A stretch of DNA of 64,000 bases from Candidatus Saccharimonadales bacterium (lineage in GTDB: Bacteria > Patescibacteriota > UBA1384 > 2-12-FULL-50-11). The notes under the pieces are model-generated. The model saw only the letters and a program-made list of their open reading frames with translations. It was not told the DNA's origin and searched no databases. Of this stretch, positions 36,085 to 46,295 are shown in pieces; positions within the stretch are counted from its first letter, which is position 1, and each line of letters starts with the position of its first letter. Position numbers and translations under genes: made by a program. The stretch lies in assembly GCA_035480235.1 (NCBI GenBank), contig DATIHX010000008.1, positions 26,845 to 90,844 on the forward strand, given 5' to 3'.

Positions 36085-37323
36085 ATGGCACGAGATAATC
36101 TTTTAGTCGGTGTGGATATTGGCAGCTCGAAAATTGCCGTTTGTGTCGGCACGATGACCGAGGACGGCCTGCAAATTGTGGGAATCAGCGCTGTAACGCA
36201 CACTGGATTACGCAAAGGCGTGGTGACCGACCTGGAAGAAACGGTTAGCGCGATTTCCCACGCTCTGGAAGAAGCCGAGCGGATGGCCGGTACCAATTTA
36301 GCCCACGCTTACGTCGCCATTAACGGCGCCCACATCGAATCAAGGTTAGCCAAGGGGATTGTGGCGATCTCCAAACCGAACGGCGAGATCGACCAGAACG
36401 ACGTGGAACGAGTGCTGGACGCGGCCCGAACCGCTACATTGCCGCAAAACCACGAACCGATTCACGTTTTTCCGCTGCATTTTATTGTTGACGGCCAAAG
36501 TGACGTCCGCGACCCGGTCGGGATGACGGGGATTCGCTTGGAAGTGGAGGCCTTAATTGTCAGCGCCTCGGCCGCCGCCAGCCGCAACCTAACCAAAGCC
36601 GTTTACCAGAGCGGGCTGGAGATCGACGGCCTAGTCTTTGGGCCGCTAGCCACCGCCAAAGCCATCACCAGCAAAAAACAGCGCGAAAGCGGCGTGGCCT
36701 TGGTAGATTTCGGTGCCGGCTCCACTAATATCGCCATTTTTGAAGAGGGCCAAGTGATCGATGCGATTAGTATCCCGATCGGCTCAATGCATATCACTAA
36801 TGACATCGCCATCGGCTTGCGAACCAATTTAGATGTGGCCGAGACCATTAAAATGAAATACGGGACGGTACTGCCGGACGGGGTTCGGGATAGCGACCAA
36901 ATTAACCTTTCAACCTTGGATCCCGGCGAATCGGATAAGGTTTCCCGCAAACAAGTGGCGGAAATTATCGAGGCCCGGGTACTGGAAGTTTTCCATCTGA
37001 TTAAAGAGCGCTTGCAAGAGATCGGGAAAGATGGTTTACTGCCGGCAGGCTTGATCTTTACCGGCGGCGGTAGCGAGCTAGAGGGGCTAACGGAATTGGC
37101 TCGGCAAAATCTCCATTTACCGGCTCAAGTGGGGTTCCCCGTAGTGCCGATGAGCGGAATTGTTGACAAGATCGATAGCCCGTTATACGCTACCAGCGTT
37201 GGGTTAGTGCTCTGGGCACTCGAAGAACACCCAGACACAAGCGCACCTTTATGGCAAGGATTCGGGAAATTTGGGGGGGTATTTGACCGATTCAAGGGCA
37301 TACTGAAAAATTTCACAAACTAA
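36085..37323 (+). CDS. ftsA: Cell division protein FtsA.
   Basis: Actin-fold blocks VGVDIGSSKIAV...DFGAGSTNIA. Confidence 0.9.
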   Translation: MARDNLLVGVDIGSSKIAVCVGTMTEDGLQIVGISAVTHTGLRKGVVTDLEETVSAISHALEEAERMAGTNLAHAYVAINGAHIESRLAKGIVAISKPNGEIDQNDVERVLDAARTATLPQNHEPIHVFPLHFIVDGQSDVRDPVGMTGIRLEVEALIVSASAAASRNLTKAVYQSGLEIDGLVFGPLATAKAITSKKQRESGVALVDFGAGSTNIAIFEEGQVIDAISIPIGSMHITNDIAIGLRTNLDVAETIKMKYGTVLPDGVRDSDQINLSTLDPGESDKVSRKQVAEIIEARVLEVFHLIKERLQEIGKDGLLPAGLIFTGGGSELEGLTELARQNLHLPAQVGFPVVPMSGIVDKIDSPLYATSVGLVLWALEEHPDTSAPLWQGFGKFGGVFDRFKGILKNFTN

Positions 37324-37346
37324 CTAGATTGGTGAATTGGCTTTAA

Positions 37347-38630
37347 ATGGACAGGGATAGTTTAGATACCTTCGCAAATATTAAAGTCTGTGGCGTCGGC
37401 GGTTCCGGTGGGAACGCGATCGCCCGGATGATTGCCGCCCGGGTTCGGGGGGTAGAGTTTATTGCGATCAATACCGACGCTCAGGCGCTCATTAATAACC
37501 CGGCGCCGACCAAGGTGCAGATCGGTAAAGAAACGACGCGCGGCTTAGGGGCCGGGGCCGATACCGAAGTTGGCCGCAAGTCCGCCGAAGAAAATAAAGA
37601 CGAGATTTACGAGGTGCTGAAAGGCGCCGATATGGTGTTCGTCACTTTTGGTGCCGGCGGCGGTACCGGTACTGGCGCCGCCCCGATGGTGGCTCAGATC
37701 GCTCGTGAGCTCGGTGCGCTAACCGTTGGCGTCGTCACCAAGCCGTTCAGCTTTGAAGGCCTCCGCCGGAAAAAGATGGCCGAATTCGGCATCGAGGATT
37801 TGCGCGATAAAGTCGACACGTTAATTACGATTCCCAACGACCGGTTGCTGCAGGTGATCGACAAAAAAACCTCATTGCCGGACGCTTTCGGTATTGTGGA
37901 CGACATTTTGCGCCAAGGCGTCCAGGGCATTTCCGATTTAATTATTATCCCCGGTATTATTAACGTCGACTTCGCCGACGTCCGAACAATTATGAAAGAC
38001 GCCGGTTCGGCCTTGATGGGCATCGGCCGAGCCTCGGGCGAGAACCGAGCGATTGAAGCGGCCCGCCAAGCCATTGACTCGCCGCTGCTGGAGCTCTCCA
38101 TCGACGGCGCGATGGGTATTTTGTACAACATCACCGGCGGGCCCGACATGACGATGTATGAGGTAGAAGAGGCTTCTAAAGCCATCACCGAAGCCGCCCA
38201 CCCCGAAGCCAATATTATCTTTGGCGCCATTGTGGATGACGCGATGAGTGGTGAAATTAAAATTACCGTTATCGCCACTGGTTTTGAAACCGAGATGCAA
38301 AAGGCGCCGCCGAAACGCCGCAGCTCTGGCACCAGTGAAGAAGGGATTGGCTTCCACTCGCCGCTGGCCGATGTGCCGATGAATCCGTCGCCATCGATTC
38401 CGTTTTTTGGCCGCGACAGACAGGTGCCGCCGCAACAAACCTATCAGCCGCCAACCCCATACCAGCCAGACGAGCCAGATTACGATTTACCAGCCGCGCC
38501 GCCGCGCCGCGCTGAGCGCCGCAACCCCGTCGAGCCGCCAAAACCGCTGGCCCCGCCACCCCGCGCCAACCAAGAAGACGACGGCGACGATCTGGACGTG
38601 CCAGCGTTTATCAGACGGAAGTTGCGGTAA
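37347..38630 (+). CDS. ftsZ: Cell division GTPase FtsZ with a Pro-rich C-terminal linker.
   Basis: [18 protein letters not shown] and NTDAQAL motifs. Confidence 0.95.
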   Translation: MDRDSLDTFANIKVCGVGGSGGNAIARMIAARVRGVEFIAINTDAQALINNPAPTKVQIGKETTRGLGAGADTEVGRKSAEENKDEIYEVLKGADMVFVTFGAGGGTGTGAAPMVAQIARELGALTVGVVTKPFSFEGLRRKKMAEFGIEDLRDKVDTLITIPNDRLLQVIDKKTSLPDAFGIVDDILRQGVQGISDLIIIPGIINVDFADVRTIMKDAGSALMGIGRASGENRAIEAARQAIDSPLLELSIDGAMGILYNITGGPDMTMYEVEEASKAITEAAHPEANIIFGAIVDDAMSGEIKITVIATGFETEMQKAPPKRRSSGTSEEGIGFHSPLADVPMNPSPSIPFFGRDRQVPPQQTYQPPTPYQPDEPDYDLPAAPPRRAERRNPVEPPKPLAPPPRANQEDDGDDLDVPAFIRRKLR

Positions 38631-38669
38631 GAAAAGGACCGGTTAACGGCCCTTGGAATTAACTTGAGT

Positions 38670-39212
38670 TTATTCAGCTAGGACTAGCGGCGGCGAGAAG
38701 TGTCCAAGCAAACCGCCTCGATACTCTGAGTGGAAGGGGAGATTTATTTCGGTTGCGGAGCAGAAAATTGATTCATCGCCACCAAACCACTCGAACCCCT
38801 TTGAAGACTTGCTTTTGTGTGGATCGAGTCTATTGCGGTACCTCATACCGTCCATTTCGAATTCCATCGGCCCAAGGCCATTCAACCAAGCCCCGTGCCT
38901 TTTCCATCGTTCAAAAGCTTCCTCTAATGCAAATGCTCTCAAGGCGAGAACATTTTGGTCATTTTTCACGCACCAACCATGTAAATCCATATACCAAAGA
39001 GGTACAGAGTCCTTGGTAATAATTGTTCTCTCTAGCTTACACTCCATCGCTGCTGGCAGTCTTATGTGAGTGAAACTAAGACTCCCCTTGACGTACACTT
39101 GACCGCCCACGAGCGTCTCTTGTATCTTCCCCGAGCGTGACCGTCTCATTCCCAGAAAATAGAACTCTTGCAGCTCTAAGATTTCACCGCTATTCATGTG
39201 CAGCTCCTTCAA
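38670..39212 (-). CDS. Hypothetical protein, an orphan on the minus strand between ftsZ and nrdJ.
   Basis: ORF only. Confidence 0.4.
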   Translation of the reverse strand: MKELHMNSGEILELQEFYFLGMRRSRSGKIQETLVGGQVYVKGSLSFTHIRLPAAMECKLERTIITKDSVPLWYMDLHGWCVKNDQNVLALRAFALEEAFERWKRHGAWLNGLGPMEFEMDGMRYRNRLDPHKSKSSKGFEWFGGDESIFCSATEINLPFHSEYRGGLLGHFSPPLVLAE

Positions 39213-39404
39213 AGCCTCGCTTTGTTACTCGTATTTTAATACAACTCTGGAAACCGATCAACTCGTTATACAAACAAATACCGTACAAAACATATGCTAG
39301 TGAACAATACCCGAACAATTATGTGGTTTTTGCCCTTGACGGCCAGGTAAACCGTTATGCTAGGGTGAAAAAAGTGTAAGCAAAATAACGGGAGGTGAAA
39401 AGGG

Positions 39405-42400
39405 ATGGCGAAGGGACAAAGTGAGAATCGAGCGGCCGAAATTGCGTTGCAACCGGTGGAAATTTCCATCGAATTGCCGGGTAACGAAGCGAAAAAGAAA
39501 AAGACCGGTTTGAAGGTTAATCGCCGCTACACCAAGCCAGGTGAAGACGTCTTTGGTCAAATCGCTTGGGAAAAACGGACCTCGTTAATCACCGACGAAA
39601 AGGGCAACGTTATCTCCCAAATTACCGACCTGGAAATCCCTTCTACTTGGTCGCAGCTGGCCACCGATATTATCGCTTACAAATACCTCCGCAAGGCCGG
39701 CGTCCCCACGCCAGAAGGCCGGGAAACTTCCGCTAAACAGGCCGTTTACCGGATCGCTCACACGATGGCCGATTTCGGCGAAAAGTTCGGCTACTTTGCC
39801 ACCAAAGAAGACCGTCAGACCTTTGAAGACGAGCTAACCCATCTATTAATCAACCAAAAGGCCGCTTTCAATTCGCCGGTTTGGTTTAACTGCGGTTTGT
39901 ATCACCAATATAAAATTGAGGGCTCGGGCGGCTCGTTCTACTGGGACTTCAAAGAAGACAAAGTCTTGCCAGTGAAATACGGCTATCGCAACCCGCAGTG
40001 TTCGGCTTGCTTTATTTTAGCCGTCAAAGACACGCTGCCCGGCATTTTCGACGCTTTGAAAACCGAATCGCACATCTTTAAGTACGGTTCCGGTTCGGGC
40101 GCCAATTTCTCCACCTTACGGAGTAAATACGAAAAACTTTCGGGCGGCGGCACTAGCTCGGGCATGATGGCTTTTTTGCGGGTTTTTGACCGCGGCGCTG
40201 ACGCCGTTAAATCCGGCGGTACCACCCGCCGAGCGGCCAAAATGGTGGTGGTGAATATGGACCACCCCGAGATAGTAGAATTTATTAACTGGAAAGTTAA
40301 CGAAGAGAAAAAAGTTCAAGCCTTAATTAATGAAGGTTACTCGGCGGATTTTAACGGCGAAGCTTATCACACCGTTTCGGGCCAAAACGCCAACAACTCG
40401 GTGCGAATATCTGATGAATTTATGAAGGCCTACGAGCAAGACGGCGAGTGGAGCACCGTTTTCAAAACGACCGGCCAGGTCCACAAAACCTACAAAGCCC
40501 GGGAGATGATGGATATGATCGCCAACGCCGCTTGGCAGTGCGCCGACCCGGGGGTGCAGTTTGACACGACGATTAACGAGTGGCACACGTCTCCTAACAC
40601 TGATCGGATTAACGCTTCGAACCCGTGTTCGGAGTATATGTTCCTAGACGAAAGTGCTTGCAACCTGGCGTCGATCAACCTGGCAAAATATATTAATGAA
40701 GACGGCCAGTTTGACGTGGCTGGCTACCGCCACGCCGCCAGGATCATGTTCATCGGCCAAGAAATTGCCGTAGACTTGTCGAGTTACCCAACCGACCCAA
40801 TCGCCAAGAACTCCCACGATTACCGCCCGCTCGGCCTGGGCTACGCCAACCTTGGGACGCTTTTGATGCTCCGCGGCGTGCCGTACGACTCGCCAGAAGG
40901 TGCCGCTATCGGCGGGGCGTTAACGGCCATCATGACCGGCCACGCCTATAAGACTTCCGCGGAGATGGCCGCTGTTAAAGGCCCGTTCGCTGGTTTTATG
41001 AAAAACCGGGCGCCGATGCTGAATGTGATGAAGAAACACCGGGCGGCCGCTTACCGGATCAACGAAAAATACTGCCCAACCGAGATGTTGAACGCCGCTC
41101 ATCAGGACTGGGACGAAGCGGTAGCGTTAGGCGAGCAATTTGGTTACCGGAACGCCCAGGCCACGGTGATCGCCCCAACCGGCACGATCGGTCTTTTGAT
41201 GGACTGCGACACCACCGGCGTGGAACCGGACTTTGCCTTAGTGAAGTTCAAAAAACTGGCCGGCGGCGGCAGCATGAAAATCGTCAACAACGCCGTGCCA
41301 AAAGCCTTAAGTAACTTGGGTTACAATCCTGAACAGCAAAAAGAAATTATCGACTACGCTTTGGGCACTGGCACCTTGAACGGCAACACACCAATCAACC
41401 GGACATCTTTGCTAGCCAAGGGCCTAACCGACGTTGAACTGGACGCTGTGGAAAAAACTTTGCCAACCGCTTTCGACATTAACTACAGCTTCAACCGCTA
41501 CGTGCTGGGCGACGCCGCCATGGAGAAACTGGGCATTACCGCCAAAGACGAAGAGAAAAGCGACTTTTCCGTTTTGCGGAAGCTCGGCTTCGCTGAGTCG
41601 GAAATCAACCAGAGTAATGAGAAAATTTGCGGCACCCAGATGCTGGAAGGCGCCCCAAACCTGAAAAAAGAACACTACGCCGTGTTTGACTGCGCCAATA
41701 AGTGCGGCCAACGGGGGACCCGTTACATCGAAGCGATGGGCCACGTCCGGATGATGGCGGCCGTCCAGCCGTTTATTTCTGGAGCGATCTCTAAAACTAT
41801 CAACCTGCCGAACGACGCCACGGTGGAAGACGTAAAAAATGTCTATATTCAGTCGTGGAAACTCGGGCTGAAAGCCTTGGCACTGTACCGCGACGGCTCC
41901 AAACTTTCCCAACCGTTGAACGCCAGCCGCGACAAAGACGTTGAAGACAAAGAGGCCGCGCCGGTCGTTGCCGCCGTTAATGGCGTCCCGCACCGCCGCC
42001 GAATGCCGGACGACCGCCAAGCCATCACCCACAAATTCCGGATCGCTGGCCACAAAGGCTACATAACGGTTGGCTTGTTCGAGGACGGAACGCCGGGCGA
42101 GATCTTCATCACCATGGCTAAGCAGGGCAGCTTGATCTCGGGCCTGATGGACGCTTTCGCCACCTCGTTCTCGATCTCTTTGCAGTACGGCGTGCCGCTC
42201 TCGATCTGGGTGAGGAAATTTATCAACAGCCACTACGAACCGTACGGTTTTACGAGTAACCCGCAGATCCGGATCGCCAAATCGTTCACCGACTACATCG
42301 TCCGCTACCTGGCCATTAAGTTCTTAAGCAATGAAGAGCTAGATGAGCTAGGGATTAAAGTAGAAGGCGCCGGCCCGGCTCAAGCGGCCTTGTTTGAAGT

Positions 42401-42638
42401 ACCCCAACCGCCAGTGAGTGAAGCGAAAACCGTAGCCGCGCCAGAAGTACTGGCAACCGATCCGCTGCCAGTCGGTACAGCGGTAGAGAGCACGAGCGGT
42501 TTGCCGGAAGAACTGCCGGTGATGCCGGCCGCCCAAAGCGACGCGCCACCTTGCGCCACTTGCGGCTCAATGACCACCAAAACCGGCACCTGCTACACCT
42601 GCCTCTCCTGTGGCTCCACCACCGGCGGCTGCTCGTAG
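39405..42638 (+). CDS. nrdJ: Class II (adenosylcobalamin-dependent) ribonucleotide reductase with a C-terminal zinc-ribbon tail.
   Basis: NPCSEYMFLDESACNLASINL active-site block. C-terminal CATCGS...CYTCLSCGS. Confidence 0.92.
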   Translation: MAKGQSENRAAEIALQPVEISIELPGNEAKKKKTGLKVNRRYTKPGEDVFGQIAWEKRTSLITDEKGNVISQITDLEIPSTWSQLATDIIAYKYLRKAGVPTPEGRETSAKQAVYRIAHTMADFGEKFGYFATKEDRQTFEDELTHLLINQKAAFNSPVWFNCGLYHQYKIEGSGGSFYWDFKEDKVLPVKYGYRNPQCSACFILAVKDTLPGIFDALKTESHIFKYGSGSGANFSTLRSKYEKLSGGGTSSGMMAFLRVFDRGADAVKSGGTTRRAAKMVVVNMDHPEIVEFINWKVNEEKKVQALINEGYSADFNGEAYHTVSGQNANNSVRISDEFMKAYEQDGEWSTVFKTTGQVHKTYKAREMMDMIANAAWQCADPGVQFDTTINEWHTSPNTDRINASNPCSEYMFLDESACNLASINLAKYINEDGQFDVAGYRHAARIMFIGQEIAVDLSSYPTDPIAKNSHDYRPLGLGYANLGTLLMLRGVPYDSPEGAAIGGALTAIMTGHAYKTSAEMAAVKGPFAGFMKNRAPMLNVMKKHRAAAYRINEKYCPTEMLNAAHQDWDEAVALGEQFGYRNAQATVIAPTGTIGLLMDCDTTGVEPDFALVKFKKLAGGGSMKIVNNAVPKALSNLGYNPEQQKEIIDYALGTGTLNGNTPINRTSLLAKGLTDVELDAVEKTLPTAFDINYSFNRYVLGDAAMEKLGITAKDEEKSDFSVLRKLGFAESEINQSNEKICGTQMLEGAPNLKKEHYAVFDCANKCGQRGTRYIEAMGHVRMMAAVQPFISGAISKTINLPNDATVEDVKNVYIQSWKLGLKALALYRDGSKLSQPLNASRDKDVEDKEAAPVVAAVNGVPHRRRMPDDRQAITHKFRIAGHKGYITVGLFEDGTPGEIFITMAKQGSLISGLMDAFATSFSISLQYGVPLSIWVRKFINSHYEPYGFTSNPQIRIAKSFTDYIVRYLAIKFLSNEELDELGIKVEGAGPAQAALFEVPQPPVSEAKTVAAPEVLATDPLPVGTAVESTSGLPEELPVMPAAQSDAPPCATCGSMTTKTGTCYTCLSCGSTTGGCS

Positions 42639-42698
42639 GGGAAAGTTTCAAAAGGGGACTCTCGCCAAGCGGGTCCTGCTTTTGATACAAGGAGGTTA

Positions 42699-43247
42699 AT
42701 GGCTAAAATCTATACTCGTGGCGGCGATAAAGGCCAAACTGGTTTGCCGGGCGAGCGGCGGGTGAGTAAAACCGATCAGCTATTTGAAGTGTTGGGCTTC
42801 TTAGATCAAACCAACGCCCAGATCGGGCTGGCAATTAGTCTGGCGCGGCAAGAAAAAGACGAAAATCCAGTACCCACACTGGAAAGAGTGCAAAGAATGT
42901 TGCTAACTATTGGTTCGGCGCTGGCCAGCGAGGCTGGATTTCAAGAGACGATCCTCCAAAAATTGACCACCGAAGTAACGTGGATGGAGGGGGTGATAGA
43001 CAAGCTCGATGAAGAGTTGCCTCTGCTGAGAAACTTCATACTAGTTGGCGGCACGCCGGCTGGCGCCACGCTTCATTTGGTGCGAACGAGCGTCCGGCAG
43101 ACCGAGCGGCAATTCCACCGGTTGGGCGGGAAGCAAAAGCCGGCTGAAGCCGCTCAATACTTAAACCGCCTCAGCGACTTCTTTTTCCAGATTGCCCGGT
43201 ACTACAACTTTAAGCACAACCGCAAAGAGGCCATCTGGAAACCCTAA
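42699..43247 (+). CDS. pduO: PduO-type ATP:cob(I)alamin adenosyltransferase.
   Basis: MAKIYTRGGDKGQTGL...RVSKTD N-terminus. Confidence 0.85.
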   Translation: MAKIYTRGGDKGQTGLPGERRVSKTDQLFEVLGFLDQTNAQIGLAISLARQEKDENPVPTLERVQRMLLTIGSALASEAGFQETILQKLTTEVTWMEGVIDKLDEELPLLRNFILVGGTPAGATLHLVRTSVRQTERQFHRLGGKQKPAEAAQYLNRLSDFFFQIARYYNFKHNRKEAIWKP

Positions 43248-43269
43248 ACTAGAATTCGCCGTAAAGCAC

Positions 43270-43498
43270 TTGACTGGTGAGAAAATATGTCGTACAATGT
43301 CCCCGTACATTAGAAGAGTTTTTTACGAGGTTAGTAGTACCGAGATGGGGCCCGATCCCCTCCCGTGGTTCTCGTCCCGGTACTACCAACTTCGTAAAAT
43401 GAACCGACTTCACCTAGCTCGGCCTCGGGCCTTTGGTGTAACTGCCGGGCCCCGTGTTTTGACGATCAGCTTCTAGTCAACACGGCGGCCCTTTTTTT
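43270..43498 (+). promoter_or_regulatory. Riboswitch-like leader: promoter TTGACT-17-TACAAT, a structured segment of about 150 nt, then a long terminator hairpin + TTTTTTT (43447-43498) ahead of the 43528 gene. The structured segment has a 9-bp stem GUAGUACCG/CGGUACUAC enclosing a GGGG-CCCGAU-CCCC hairpin.
   Basis: Seen directly. I do not recognise the aptamer class. Confidence 0.45.
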
Positions 43499-43527
43499 GC
43501 GCAAAAAATTTGGTAATGTGAAAACTC

Positions 43528-44067
43528 ATGGGGGAAACACCAAAGCCAACGGCTTTTTTATTGACGATTCTAGCGATATTCGGCCGTCTGTTGCCACACC
43601 CACCAAACTTCACGCCGCTGACTGGCGCGACGCTGTTTGGTGGCAGTAAACTCAGCCGTCCGCTTAATTATTTATTACCGCTCGGGGTGCTATTTCTGAC
43701 CGACTTTTTTTTGGGTTGGCACAAAACCATGCCTTACGTCTACGGTAGTTTTTTGCTGATCGCCGTGATGGGGGAGTGGGGCTTGAAAAAATCGTCGAGC
43801 CTCGGGCGAGTGGCCCTGTTTAGTTTAGCAAGTTCAGTTTTATTTTTTGTTATTACGAATTTTGGAGTTTGGCAAGTTGGTGGCTTGTACCCACATACAC
43901 TCATCGGCTTGAGCCAATCGTATATTATCGCTCTGCCATTTTTCCGAAACACGATACTGGGCGATTTGGTATTTTCAATGGGCTTTTTCGTGTTATACCA
44001 ATGGGCCGAGAATCGAGTGGTGGTCGCGAGATTTGACAAGAAAATTTTAAACTGGCTAGTTAGTTAA
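43528..44067 (+). CDS. Small polytopic membrane protein (about 5-6 TM, conserved LPHPPNFTP near the N-terminus). Possibly an ECF-S-component/vitamin-transporter-like protein.
   Basis: Hydrophobicity pattern and size. The function is inferred from context only. Confidence 0.5.
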   Translation: MGETPKPTAFLLTILAIFGRLLPHPPNFTPLTGATLFGGSKLSRPLNYLLPLGVLFLTDFFLGWHKTMPYVYGSFLLIAVMGEWGLKKSSSLGRVALFSLASSVLFFVITNFGVWQVGGLYPHTLIGLSQSYIIALPFFRNTILGDLVFSMGFFVLYQWAENRVVVARFDKKILNWLVS

Positions 44068-44077
44068 AAGGAGGGAA

Positions 44078-44362
44078 ATGGCAGAACCGCAGGTAAAATT
44101 GATAGACTTTTGGGCCGCTTGGTGCGGGCCGTGCAAAGTAATGAATCCGATCATTGAAGAAATTGAGGCTCAGTTCGCGGGTAAAATTGTGGTTGAAAAG
44201 ATTGATGTTGACGCGACTGAAAACCAAGAAGCGGTGGCTAAATATCGAGTAATGGCGATGCCAACGTATTTTGTTGTAAAAAATGGTGAGGTATTCGAAC
44301 AATTTGTCGGCGCTCAGAGTAAGACCACCCTTATTAACTCCATCAACAAAGCCCTTGGCTAA
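44078..44362 (+). CDS. trxA: Thioredoxin.
   Basis: WCGPC active site. Confidence 0.9.
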   Translation: MAEPQVKLIDFWAAWCGPCKVMNPIIEEIEAQFAGKIVVEKIDVDATENQEAVAKYRVMAMPTYFVVKNGEVFEQFVGAQSKTTLINSINKALG

Positions 44363-44392
44363 CAAACCGGAAACGGATCATACTGCGTAGAG

Positions 44393-45526
44393 ATGCGACA
44401 GTGGGCTATTAAAAGTACTCGAATTGCCTATCAGTCGTTCCTGAAACCCGCCTTCTTCCAACAGAATCCTGAAGCTGTTCACCATCGAATTACTCGATTT
44501 GGGGAGAACCTGGGACGGAGCCAATTCTGGAAAAACGTCATCGGCCGACTCTTCAACGCAAGCAACCCAAAGTTGAGCCAAAAAGTTGCTGGGGTTGTAT
44601 TTAGTAACCCGATCGGGCTGGCAGCAGGTTTTGATTACGAAGCACGATTAACTCAAATCTTGCCGTTCATGGGCTTTGGTTGGCAAACAATTGGAACAAT
44701 TACAGCTCTGGCTAGCGGTGGCAACGCTTCGCCGCAGCTTGGCCGGCTACCCATCTCAAAATCGCTAATGGTTAACAAGGGCTTCCGAAACCTAGGGATA
44801 ACTCAGACGCTAATAAGATTGCGTGGGCTACGGTTCGTGCGGCCGGTTGGAATTTCGATCGGCCGCACCAATAACCCAGCTGTTGCGACGCTAGAGGCTT
44901 CAGTTAAAGATATCGTAACCAGCTTTCGCGAGGTAGAAAAGAATCGCGTCCCTTTTAGCTATTACGAGCTAAATATCAGTTGCCCAAATTTAGGAAAAGG
45001 CGCAAGTTTCTACGAAGTAAAAAACTTACGCGTCCTACTGACCCAACTCGATAAACTCAAACTCAGTCAGTCGGTCTTTATTAAAATGCCAATCACTCAA
45101 CCAAACGAAGTGGTCCAGCAACTACTTAAAGAAATCTGCCGCCACTCCATTACCGGGATAATTATCGGCAACGTCCAAACGGACCGAACGGTGCCCAGCC
45201 TCGACCCGGGCGAAGTTGCCAAATTCAAGATGGGCAATTTTAGCGGTAAGCCAACCCAAGCTCGGTCGGACGAGCTAATTGCGTTAGCGTACAAAAATTT
45301 TGGCAAAAAATTAGTGATCGTTGGCTGCGGCGGCGTTTTTAACGCCGAAGACGCTTACCAAAAAATCCAACTCGGTGCGACGCTTATTCAGATGATCACT
45401 GGCCTAATTTTTGAAGGCCCACAAGTTGTAACGGAAATTAACCTTGGGCTACTGAAGCTGCTGGAGCGCGACGGCTATAGAAATATCAGCGAAGCAATTG
45501 GGACTGAGACCTACTCGAAGCCTTGA
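44393..45526 (+). CDS. pyrD: Dihydroorotate dehydrogenase family with class-2-type N-terminal extension and architecture, but Cys at the catalytic-base position (NISCPN).
   Basis: NPIGLAAGFD, GFGWQTIGTIT...GN..PR, NISCPN and IVGCGGV blocks. Confidence 0.8.
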   Translation: MRQWAIKSTRIAYQSFLKPAFFQQNPEAVHHRITRFGENLGRSQFWKNVIGRLFNASNPKLSQKVAGVVFSNPIGLAAGFDYEARLTQILPFMGFGWQTIGTITALASGGNASPQLGRLPISKSLMVNKGFRNLGITQTLIRLRGLRFVRPVGISIGRTNNPAVATLEASVKDIVTSFREVEKNRVPFSYYELNISCPNLGKGASFYEVKNLRVLLTQLDKLKLSQSVFIKMPITQPNEVVQQLLKEICRHSITGIIIGNVQTDRTVPSLDPGEVAKFKMGNFSGKPTQARSDELIALAYKNFGKKLVIVGCGGVFNAEDAYQKIQLGATLIQMITGLIFEGPQVVTEINLGLLKLLERDGYRNISEAIGTETYSKP

Positions 45527-45581
45527 GCACGTTCTAAAAATTTGGTAGACTAACCGCAGTCTCAAATATGAGGGGGAATTA

Positions 45582-46253
45582 ATGAAAGTCGTACCTTTAA
45601 TCCATGGGATTGGAGCGGGAAATAACAAAGACCGAATCGAAACAATCGGCAATGATGTGTACGTCAAAGCGGTTTATAACGCTCTGCTGGCACTGGTAAA
45701 AAACGGGGACCAACTTGAAGACGGTCACGTTTTGGGCTGGCAACAGGACAGTACTGGTGTCCGCGAGGCCACTGCCTTCAAGAACGCATTCGTCAACGAG
45801 GCTAGGGAGCAGAAAGCGATTGCTATTCACCGACACGAATCGCACATGCCAATCTGCCGAGATCACGAATGCCTCGAAAAGTTTGGACTCAACCTTGAAT
45901 GCATCGAAGGGCCAAACTCGCTGGAGGCGATCGTCGAATGGGCGGACAAATTCAGCAATAAGGAACCAGGCGCGCTGTTGATTACCGACGAAGTTCGGCG
46001 GATGACGGCAATCTGCGAGCTCCGTTACTTCTGCGGCTGGAGCGAAATCGATGCAACGAAGTTTGTCCTTGGTTTGCCCAGGCCTGATAGCTGTTTCAAG
46101 AGCCTGCCTTACTGGCAAGCAGCCAAACAACGAGAGATACGAAAGTACATCCACTCGTGTAAAGACAACCATCTGAAGCCAACGTTAGAGGGATTCAGCG
46201 AGTATTCGATATTCGACTACCGGGATCACAATCTGAAAACCCCGATCGTCTAA
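45582..46253 (+). CDS. Hypothetical Cys-rich protein.
   Basis: ORF only, with atypical composition. Confidence 0.45.
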   Translation: MKVVPLIHGIGAGNNKDRIETIGNDVYVKAVYNALLALVKNGDQLEDGHVLGWQQDSTGVREATAFKNAFVNEAREQKAIAIHRHESHMPICRDHECLEKFGLNLECIEGPNSLEAIVEWADKFSNKEPGALLITDEVRRMTAICELRYFCGWSEIDATKFVLGLPRPDSCFKSLPYWQAAKQREIRKYIHSCKDNHLKPTLEGFSEYSIFDYRDHNLKTPIV

Positions 46254-46268
46254 GTAGCCCGCCGCGGA

Positions 46269-46295
46269 AGCAAGTCTGCGGCTTTTTATTACAGC
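46269..46295 (+). terminator. Intrinsic terminator GCCGCGG-aagcaagt-CTGCGGC + TTTTT.
   Basis: Seen directly. It overlaps the stop of the convergent helicase gene. Confidence 0.6.

Noticed and set aside
39213-39404. NrdR box or B12 riboswitch upstream of nrdJ.
   Set aside because: There is only a loose palindrome (CATATG core) and no acaCwAtATaTwGtgt-type repeat pair. No B12-box (GCCACTG) or conserved aptamer elements are present.
39405-42638. Intein inside the unusually long (1077 aa) NrdJ.
   Set aside because: I see no Cys/Ser-initiated insertion with HN-Cys/Ser/Thr terminal blocks or homing-endonuclease motifs. The extra length is plausibly N- and C-terminal extension plus the zinc-ribbon tail.
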